In this document: positions 22,977-30,919 of the stretch, piece by piece | How positions within the stretch are numbered: position 1 is the first letter of the stretch | Layout: each line of letters begins with the position of its first letter | Source of the DNA: Squalus acanthias | Taxonomy: Eukaryota | DNA: 64,000 nucleotides | Direction of reading: 5' to 3' | Assembly (NCBI GenBank): GCA_030390025.1 | Contig: CM059437.1 | Span: forward strand, 54,622,001-54,686,000 | Position numbers and translations under genes: made by a program | Notes under the pieces: generated by a model | Seen by the model: the letters and a program-made list of their open reading frames with translations, nothing else | Database searches by the model: none | What the model was told of the DNA's origin: nothing

Positions 22977-24137
22977 ATGGGGGCTGCAATGATTGGGGGC
23001 GACGTCCTGCTCCAGCTGAATCGGAGGATAGTGAGACGCAGACAGAGAGTGGCAATAATGGCCAGACGGAGGAGGGCCATCAGGCGCATGTACAGGAGAG
23101 CTTACCCTCCCAGGGTATATCGTGAACAGCTCTCCTACATCCATATGTCCGAGGAGCTGTGTTTGCGAAGGCTGCGATTCAGCAAGGAGGTGGTCACTGA
23201 GCTCTGCCACCTGCTGCAGCCAGATCTGCAGCCTCAGCTGAGGTCCAGGACGTCTCTGTCGGTGGCAGTGAAGGTCACAGTGGCTTTGAACTTCTACGCC
23301 ACTGGCTCATTCCAAGCTGCTGTTGGGGACCTCGCCAATATCTCCCAGTTTGCGGTGCATCGCTGCATCCGGCAGGTCACCAATGCCCTCTTCAGAAGGA
23401 GACGAGACTTCATCTATTTCCCTATGACCCCAGACAAGCAGCGTGACCGTGCTCTGGGCTTTGCGAGGGTAGCGGGCTTCCCCATGGTGCAGGGCACCAT
23501 TGACTGCACGCATGTGGCTTTGCGTGCTCCGCGAGAGAATGCAGAGGAATTCAGGAACAGAAAGGGGTTCCATTCCTTGAATGTGCAGTTGGTCTGTGAC
23601 CACAGACAGGTGATACTCGCTGTCAATGCCCACTATCCGGGCAGCTGCCATGCTGCTTTCATCCTGCGCCAGACTACTGTGGCAGAAGTTTTCGAGGCAC
23701 CGCATCAGCCAGTTGGTTGGCTTCTCGGGGACAAGGGGTACGCATTGAGCACCTGGCTGATGACACCGCTCCGTACGCCAAACACCCCTGCTGAGCTGCG
23801 GTACAATGAAAGCCATCAAGCAACCAGGAACATTATTGAGCGCACAATCGGCGTGCTGAAACAACGGTTCCGCTGTCTGGACCATTCCGGAGGAGCCCTG
23901 CAGTACTCGCCTGAGCAAGTTTCGAACTTCGTAGTCGTGTGCTGCATGTTGCACAACATGGCAATCCTCAGGACCCAGCCAATGCCACCAGGCCTTGTAG
24001 CACCACCAGAGGAGGAGGAGGAAGAGGAGGAAGAGGACGAGGACGATGATCATCAGCAGCACCAAGGCAGGAGGGCGGCCCACAATGGTCAAACTGCAAG
24101 GGCCGTCCGTCAACGACTAATAGCAAGCCGCTTCTAG
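22977..24137 (+). CDS. Harbinger DDE transposase (HARBI1-like), 386 aa, open frame
   Basis: RLRFSKE, ALNFYATGSFQ, GTIDCTH, NRKGFHSLNVQLVCD, PGSCH, LLGDKGY, YNESHQATRNIIERTIGVLKQRFRCL, CCMLHN and an acidic tail. Confidence 0.96.
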   Translation: MGAAMIGGDVLLQLNRRIVRRRQRVAIMARRRRAIRRMYRRAYPPRVYREQLSYIHMSEELCLRRLRFSKEVVTELCHLLQPDLQPQLRSRTSLSVAVKVTVALNFYATGSFQAAVGDLANISQFAVHRCIRQVTNALFRRRRDFIYFPMTPDKQRDRALGFARVAGFPMVQGTIDCTHVALRAPRENAEEFRNRKGFHSLNVQLVCDHRQVILAVNAHYPGSCHAAFILRQTTVAEVFEAPHQPVGWLLGDKGYALSTWLMTPLRTPNTPAELRYNESHQATRNIIERTIGVLKQRFRCLDHSGGALQYSPEQVSNFVVVCCMLHNMAILRTQPMPPGLVAPPEEEEEEEEEDEDDDHQQHQGRRAAHNGQTARAVRQRLIASRF

Positions 24138-24431
24138 GGCCCCTGCCATTGCTACAAACACTAATCAACCCAGCACGCAACCCCTAAGCCGGCCAAGGCA
24201 CCAATAATTCCAACCACCAGCCATGTATATTTTGAATACAGAAACTTATTTATTTTACAAACTCTGTGTGTGTCAATTCCTCATGACAAACTCATAGAAA
24301 TAAACACAAAAAAACAGTCAATAACATAACTGGTTCTCACAACCTGGAGATAATGTCCAAAACACTAAACAAAAGTTGGACCATGAACCTCGGCCTTTAA
24401 TAAAAAAATGACCAGCATTTTGGCACACCTC

Positions 24432-25429
24432 CTACTTTTTGCCCTTCGAGGGTGATCTCCTTCCCTTGTGCACTTCCCCCCTTCTAACCCTACTGCTCCT
24501 CCGTAATGGGACCTCAGTGGCTGCAGCAAGGCTGGTGGAAGGCTGCTGCTCGTCAGACCCTGACACTGCAGATGCCCCTGAAGGACGGCCTCGACCACTT
24601 CTGGGCCTGGAGGGCCCGGCTGCAGACTGCACCAACTCTGCATGGGCGGCAGCAGTCTGTCCTACAGGCGGTGGCAAGTGCAGTGGAGAAGTGACAGTGT
24701 TGGCAGCAGGAATGCTGTCATCGTGAGAGAGGACAGCAACTCCCTGCTCGCCCGACACACTGGCACTCCCACGGGGCAGCACTTCAGCATCTGGAGCAAT
24801 TTGCCGGAGAACAGATTGCTGGCCTGCTGCGGCGCGGTGACAGCCCCGGGGACATGTGCACGAACCATCGAGGATGGCAGCAGTCAGTGCTCGCGTGGCC
24901 TCAATCTGAGTCTGCATGAGAGCAGTCTCAGATGGGTTCCTGGCAGCCAGTGACTGAATTGCAGCACTAAGCTTTAGTGTGGCATCCGCCTGTGCTACAG
25001 CGAAGTGCTTCACACTCCTTGCCAGTGATTCAATGCATTCTGGCACCCTTCCCACTGCACCCATGAGCTCAGTGTGCATGCCCACCGCCTGGCTGTTCAT
25101 TTCTGCAATCAGCCGCTCCTCCTCTGCGTCCATTGCAGTAGGAGTGTCTGGCATACTCTCCCTCTGGGGAGAAGGCCCCCGTTCTTCCCTACCCCCCCCC
25201 CCACCCCCCCCCCCCCCATGGCGTTGCTGCAGCCCGCTGGGTCCTGGAGCTTCACCATCATCAGCCCCTTCCCCCCTGCTCCCCTCCGGGGAAGGCGTGT
25301 TCCCAGTGTGGGCATGGGCTTCCTCGGGAGAGGATGGCACTGATGCTCCGGCTTCCTCTTCCTCCTCAGCTGCAGCATCACTCCCAGTGGCAACTTCAGG
25401 GCCCGTCTCCTCAGCTGGTGAATCACCAT
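24432..25429 (-). CDS. Harbinger Myb/SANT partner gene, exon 3 (low-complexity and coiled-coil C-terminus)
   Basis: Acceptor CCTGCTTTCAG at 25440-25430. Phase-1 entry gives DGDSPAEETGPEV..., continuous with ORF 24432-25340 and ending in a basic tail RRSSRVRR...KGKK. Confidence 0.7.
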
Positions 25430-25588
25430 CTGAAAGCAGGGAGGTACAAGAGTGGCTTTAGCGTGAGGACAGGGTGGCAGTAAGGGAGGAATAAGTGCAG
25501 CGAGTTAGCAAGTTGGATTGAAAGTGTCAAAGGCTGGTATTGTGAGGGACAAGTGGAAGGACAGAGGACAAAAAGGTGATGACCTTAC

Positions 25589-25729
25589 CATTGCTGTCCA
25601 CAACGGGGTCGGCGTCTCCAGTGGCGACGGGACCGTGTGGACGCGCTCCTCCAGATCGCTGAGGGGTTGCAGCTGAAGCCGCCCTCCACCCGTCCGTTGC
25701 TGCTGTCTCCGATTATGAGCCAGCTTAGC
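25589..25729 (-). CDS. Harbinger Myb/SANT partner gene, exon 2 (apparent frameshift)
   Basis: Acceptor TTTTCTTGCAG at 25740-25730, AKLAHNRRQQQRTGGG...LSDLEERV, donor GTAAGG at 25588-25583. Confidence 0.75.
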
Positions 25730-25760
25730 CTGCAAGAAAAAGGACAGCATCTGAGTAAAT

Positions 25761-25927
25761 ATACAGCCATGGTCTTGCCTGATGTGCCTCCCATAGGTGA
25801 ATAGCCCTTACTGTATGCAGCCATGCTCTTGCCTGATGTGCCTCCCATAGGTGAATAACCCTTACTGTATACAGCCATGGTCTTGCCTGATGTGCCTCCC
25901 ATAGGTGAATAGCCCTTACTGTATGCA
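25761..25927. repeat. Three tandem 54-bp repeats in intron 1 of the Myb/SANT gene
   Basis: Unit ATACAGCCATGGTCTTGCCTGATGTGCCTCCCATAGGTGAATAGCCCTTACTGT, repeated three times with few differences. Confidence 0.92.
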
Positions 25928-26067
25928 AAGTGTGGAATGTGTGTGTGTGTTTGATGAAAGGGCCATAGGTGTTGGATGAGTGTTGTGCATTGGGATTTTA
26001 AGACCCTCTGGCCATAGAGTGAGGTTGAGATGGAGGGATGGAGAGGTATTGAGAAAAAGCCACTCAC

Positions 26068-26304
26068 CCTGACGACCCGAGTGAGGTCGTTGAACTTTTT
26101 GCGGCATTGAACATGGGTCCTGGGCACCATGCTCCTGGAGGAGACGCTCTGAGCCACCTCCCTCCACACTCTTCTGAACTCGCGTGGCAAAGGCCTCCTG
26201 CCACTCTCCGGGAACAGCATGCATCGTCTGCGCTCCACTGCGTCAACCAGAGCATCCAAGGCCCGCTCGGTGAAGCGATGAGCGCGTTCTCTCACCCTCT
26301 CCAG
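26068..26304 (-). CDS. Harbinger Myb/SANT-like DNA-binding domain, exon 1
   Basis: RAHRFTERALDALVDAV...VWREVAQSVSS...RTHVQCRKKFNDL is a trihelix pattern. Donor GTGAGT at 26067-26062. The presumed start codon position holds CTG (26304-26302). Confidence 0.88.
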
Positions 26305-27291
26305 GCTTGGCAGCAAAATGGATTACAGGTCTCTCCAGGCTGAGATTCAAGGCTGCAATGAGCAGGGTGTGGCTGGGGAGCAAGTGCCCCCCCCCCGCTT
26401 TAAGAAGTGTCCGGCGCCATTGTGGCTGTGTTCCCTCGCTAACTGGCAGCAGCTGCGCTGCGCTCGTGCGCTGAGTTAGCGCCTCACTCCTTGGCCTTTG
26501 CGCCTTAAGAGAGGTGTGCAGCGCCTAATTTAGCGCTCCACTCACCTCCCGGGGCGGTAAAAGTGAAGTTTCCTGTCAGTGCTGATAATTAGCGCCAGGC
26601 GCTAATATTTGCGTCCGGACGATATTTGCGCCCCAAATGGGGCGCGACCTAATTTCTACCCCTTTGTATTTGAGGTGGGGGGAGGAAAGAAGAAGGAGAA
26701 GACCGGGATAACAAGGGGTGTGTGTTGGTGTGTGTGGCTCTTGCTAATAACTAGGCCGCACACACCATCAACAAGCACCCCTTGCCTATTGCTTCACCTG
26801 GGACAGCTGGAGCTGCCCAGGCAAAGTCATCAATCTATTTCCCCATCTATAACATCGTTAAGACCTGGTGGTGGACTGAGCCTGGGCATGTCCAGCTTTA
26901 TTTTCCCAGGTGAAGACATCTTCTCCCCCCACCAGAAGAACATCAACAAAGACTATAATTAACATCGGAGAGTGCCCCCCCCCCTGGAAGCACCCACCCA
27001 CCCACTATCCTGAGTGGCGAACAGGCCCCTGCGGCCTCCCTCCTTCCTTCCCCCTATCTCTCTCTCTCTCTCTGACTCTCTCTCCAACGAGGCACCTCTA
27101 ATTTTATTAATTCCCCAATTGAGCAGAGAGGAGAAGGCCCCTCTCCCAATTCCAATCATCAAAGGGAGAGGTGTGCCTTCATTTTTAAAACAACCCCCTC
27201 TGCTCGGGAAAAGACAAAAAAAAACAAGGCCATTTCAACCATCACCCGGCCTGTGACTTGGGGTGAGTGCAGCCCTTTATACCACCTCAGT

Positions 27292-28761
27292 ATGACGAGC
27301 ACATCTTCGCCGGCGACGGGGCAAGCAAGGTCGTACGCGGGTGTGGCAGCCACGGCCACAGCTGGTCCCGCTGCTTCTACTGCCCCGTCGCCTTTCAGGC
27401 TATTGACCAAAAAGCTGGGGGTGAAGAGCTACACTCACCCCAACATGACCATAGAGGCTTGCGTCAAAGCCATGGCTGGGGTAGTCAACCCCTCAGCCAT
27501 CATAGCGGCCTCTAAAATGTACGGGAAGGCTGTGTTCTTCCTGGGGTCGGAGCGGGCGGTGTCCCTGGCCGTCACCAAGGGGCTCACCGTGGGCGGGACC
27601 TTCCTGCTGGTGGATCCGCTCGAGTCCACCGCGCAGCGAATCATACTATCAAACGTCCCGTCCTTTGTTCCGGTTGAGCTCCTCCTCCCCCACCTACGTC
27701 AACTGGGGGAGGTGAGGTCGGTGATTAATCCGATCCCGCTCGGCTGCAGGGAGGCCAGCCTCCGGCACGTCTTCTCCTTCCGGCGCCAGCTGTTTATCCA
27801 GCTGGTGCGGGAGGAGGACACGGAGGGCGCGTTTAACGTTCAACACGAGGGGACCGCCTACCGCGTCTTCTGGACGTCGGATGGTGTGCGGTGCCACGCC
27901 TGTAAGGTGGTGGGGCACATAAGAAAGAACTGCCCCGCTTTCAAGGCCGCCAAAACATCTGAGGCGGCCAAGGCTGGCGCTGCTGCCGCTCCTCCGCCTG
28001 TTTCTGTCCGCGCGTCCGCGACACCCGATGTGCGGTCGACGCCGGAGGTCAACGCGGTCGCGGACTCCGGCAGAGGGGAGAGGGAGCGTCCGATCGGAAA
28101 GAAGGCGCGGAGGAAAAGTAAACACCTTCAGGCGGGACCCCTAGATGTACACGACGATTTACCCGAGCTTACGCCCCCGTTCCTTGCGCGGGTGGTGGCG
28201 GAGTTCGAGAGTGCGAGGGGCCTCGTGCCCGGGCCTGCGGCCGCAACCGCCGAGACGGCAAAATCGAGACCTGCGGCCGTGACCGGGCCCGGGTCCCCCG
28301 AGCAAACCAATCGACAGGGGGGAGCGGAGGTGGAGGCCTCGGTACACATGGAGGTCTCCCAACCTCCGTGTCCCACCACACTGAAAAGGAGACGTGACGC
28401 CCTGGAGGAGGAGGAGGACCATGAGGAACAGAGTCCCCCCTTGCAAGGGGAGTCGTCGCTCGCCGCGGGGGCTGCGCCCACCCCCCCCACCAACACTGTC
28501 ACCGACATCCGGCAGGGGTCGCCTGTCCCCCAGGAGGGTACGACAGATGAGTCTGTCCAGCCTGTGCCACCGGGGGATGGGGAAGAGACTCTGCTCATGG
28601 GGTGGGCCGCGGAACTACCCGCGGAGGGAAATTATACCGAACCGTTGTTTCTCGCCAGGTCGAGCATCCTGGGGACAGAGGCGGGCAAGGCCGATGAGGC
28701 TGAGCCCGCCGTATATGGTCAGGACTACTCCCAATGCTGCTCGACCTGCTGGAGCAATTAA
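27292..28761 (+). CDS. Tx1-type LINE ORF1 (RRM-like region plus CCHC zinc knuckle); C-terminus frameshifted, continuing to ~29400
   Basis: AASKMYGKAVFFL, RIILSNVPSFV, HVFSFRRQLFI and CHACKVVGHIRKNC (CX2CX4HX4C). Confidence 0.85.
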   Translation: MTSTSSPATGQARSYAGVAATATAGPAASTAPSPFRLLTKKLGVKSYTHPNMTIEACVKAMAGVVNPSAIIAASKMYGKAVFFLGSERAVSLAVTKGLTVGGTFLLVDPLESTAQRIILSNVPSFVPVELLLPHLRQLGEVRSVINPIPLGCREASLRHVFSFRRQLFIQLVREEDTEGAFNVQHEGTAYRVFWTSDGVRCHACKVVGHIRKNCPAFKAAKTSEAAKAGAAAAPPPVSVRASATPDVRSTPEVNAVADSGRGERERPIGKKARRKSKHLQAGPLDVHDDLPELTPPFLARVVAEFESARGLVPGPAAATAETAKSRPAAVTGPGSPEQTNRQGGAEVEASVHMEVSQPPCPTTLKRRRDALEEEEDHEEQSPPLQGESSLAAGAAPTPPTNTVTDIRQGSPVPQEGTTDESVQPVPPGDGEETLLMGWAAELPAEGNYTEPLFLARSSILGTEAGKADEAEPAVYGQDYSQCCSTCWSN

Positions 28762-29863
28762 ATCAAGGTCCCCGGTCCGCTGGGTCGGAGGGTGGTGGCG
28801 GTGAAGGGGAAGGCCCCCTGACTCCATCTCCGACGCTGGCGCCGGGTTGTTGGGGGAAGTAGCATTAATGTACTCCCCGGTTTCTCCGTGCACCCCGCTG
28901 CCGGGGGCAGAGGGGGGCCCCGAGCCGCCGCCGCTTCCTGACCCGGCGCCTCTGGAGGTGCCCAGGGAGGACTCCTCTGCCGCCGATCCTGGGGGTGGGA
29001 GCGGGGCAGAGGTAGGGCCAGCTGATGGCGACACCCCGGAGGAGGACGGGGACCCGGCGGAGGACACTGAGGAAGACATTTACTCCATCGCCAGCGAGGC
29101 GGCGGATACCCTCGTGACTCCTCCGGGTCCCCCCACATCCCCGTTGTGGAACTCCGGGACTTTGTGGCCATGGGCCAGGGTCGCCAGGATATTATCCGGC
29201 TGGCCATTGATAATTGGTCGGATCTGGCGCTGCTCGTTTGCTCCGTCCGCGCCGCCGTCAAAACCATGGGCGAGGACGGGGGCGTGGGCCCAGCCAAGCG
29301 GCGTCGGATCCGGAAGTTCCTCGCTGGGCTTAGAAGGGAGTGGCGGTTGACTAGCGGCCGCGCTCCCTCCTCCCGTTTGAGTAAGGTAGAGGTTGCACTA
29401 TGCTCTTGTCATGAAGATAACCATAGCCAGCCTCAACATCAACGGCAGCAGAGAGGCACGCCGTAGATTTAATAACTTCTCGGCCCTTCGGGAGTGCGGT
29501 TTCAACAGAATGCTGCGAGTTGGGTGAGTCAGGGAGTTAGGTGAGGAGTGGAGAGAGGAGCTCCCTTGCTTCGCCTTTGTTTTTCCTAACTTTTCAACCT
29601 GTAGGAATTGGTTCTTACTGTACACCAAGTAAAGAGTCCAAGAGCGGGAGCAGTCAAACGACCACAACTGAGAAACTTCTTAAGTAACGTCACATCCAGG
29701 GAAGGAGCTGATTGGTAAGTAGGACCTGGTGAGTATTTCTACAGTCCAGTCGTTAAAGTCAAAGTAAGGTCTCTTGTTTAGAGTAAGTAGTGTTTAAAGG
29801 AAAGTAAGCTCCCTAGTGTATGTAATATTTTTTAATTTAAAGGGTGTAAATTAAGGGTGGGAC

Positions 29864-30815
29864 ATGGCAGGGCAGCTTGGCTGCGTGGAGTGCTCCTCCT
29901 GTGCGATGTGGGAAGTCAGGGACACTTTTGGTGCCCAAGACGAACACATGTGCAGGAAGTGTCTCCAGCTGCAGCTACTCGAAATCCACGTTTCGGAGCT
30001 GGAGCTGTGGCTGGAGTCACTGTGGAGCATCCGCGAAGCTGAGATCTTCGTGGATAGCACGTTTAATGAGGTGGTCAAACTAGAGGTAAAGAGTGCAGGC
30101 AGGCAGGAAATGGGTGAACGCCAGACAGAGTAAAAGAACTGGGAAGGTAGTGCAGGAGTCCCCTGGGTCCATCTCACTCTCCGACAGATTTTCCATCTTG
30201 ACTACGGCTGGGGGAGATGGTTTCTCAGGGGAATGCAGCAAGAGCCAAGTCCATGGCACTATGAGTGGCTCAGCTGCACAGGAGGTGAGGAAAAGGAGTG
30301 GGAGAGCAATAGTGATAGGGGATTCTATCGTAACGGGAACAGATAGACGTTTCTGTGGCCGCAGACGTGACTCCAGCATGGTATGTTGCCTCCCTGGAGC
30401 CAGGGTCAAGGATGTCACTGAACGGCTGCAGGGCATTCTGAAGGGGGAGGGCGAAGAGTCAGAGGTCGTGGTTCACATTGGTACCAACTACATGGGTAGA
30501 AACAGGGATGAGGTCCTGCAACAAGAATTTAGGGAGCTGGGTAGCAGATTAAAAAGCAGGATCTCAAAGGTTGTAATCCCTGGATTACTCCCGGTGCCAC
30601 GTGCTAGTGAGTATAGGAATAGGAGGATAGAGCAGATGAATGCGTGACTAAAGAGCTGGTGCAGGAGAGAGGGCTTTAGTTTCCTGGATCACTGGGTCTG
30701 CTTCTGGGGAAGGTGGGACCTGTACAAGTCGGACGGGTTGCACCTGAACCGGAACGGGACCAACATACTTGCGGGGAGGTTTGCTAGTACTGTTGTGGGG
30801 GGAGGGTTAAACTAA
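29864..30815 (+). pseudogene. CR1 ORF1 (Cys-rich zinc finger/leucine zipper plus SGNH esterase), with frameshift and stop
   Basis: CSSCAMWE...CRKCLQLQLL, IVIGDSIV, CLPGARVKDV, VHIGTN and DGLHLN. Frame change at ~30120 and TGA at 30645. Confidence 0.88.
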
Positions 30816-30919
30816 CTTGGCAGAGGGATGAGATACGGAGTGAAGCTATAGTTGGGGGTGATGCACAGACAAATATAGAGGAAAAAACAAGTCAGCCTGG
30901 AAGGCAGAGCGAATATGTA

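Larger units (their letters stand above)
22467..26662 (+). mobile_element. Full-length PIF/Harbinger DNA transposon, 4196 bp
   Basis: TIRs GGGGTAAAAATT / AATTTCTACCCC. TTT TSD at 22464-22466 and 26663-26665. Empty site AAGAC-TTT-GTAG at 61846-61848. Convergent transposase and Myb/SANT genes. Confidence 0.97.
419..27460. repeat. Segmental duplication copy A (paralog of 39956-62680)
   Basis: Colinear high identity throughout, for example 421 TAAGTCGGTGTCC = 39958, C exon 8538 = 49207, VJ 13002 = 52763, Tx1 ORF1 start 27292 = 62516. Differences are mostly TE presence or absence. Confidence 0.95.
22100..29493 (+). mobile_element. Tx1-clade LINE, 5' portion (long 5' UTR, ORF1, first 28 codons of ORF2), interrupted by Harbinger and truncated by CR1
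   Basis: ORF1 from ATG 27292. ORF2 start MKITIASLNINGSRE at 29411 is an APE endonuclease N-terminal motif. The 5' region is colinear with B 61199-62680. The 5' boundary is inferred. Confidence 0.8.

Noticed and set aside
23307-24113. 268-aa antisense ORF over the transposase, and similar antisense ORFs over Tx1 ORF1 and CR1 ORF2
   Set aside because: These are shadow frames of GC-rich or codon-biased coding sequence.
22977-24137. Host HARBI1 gene or a RAG-like recombinase linked to the Ig locus
   Set aside because: It lies inside TIRs with a TSD and an empty paralogous site. Its motifs are PIF/Harbinger, not Transib/RAG, and the TIRs do not resemble RSS.
25761-25927. CRISPR-like or regularly spaced repeat array
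   Set aside because: The units are contiguous with no unique spacers, and the context is eukaryotic.
25585-26316. 243-aa ORF as a complete protein
   Set aside because: It is exon 1 read through intron 1. Canonical donor and acceptor sites indicate splicing, and the TTG start is arbitrary.
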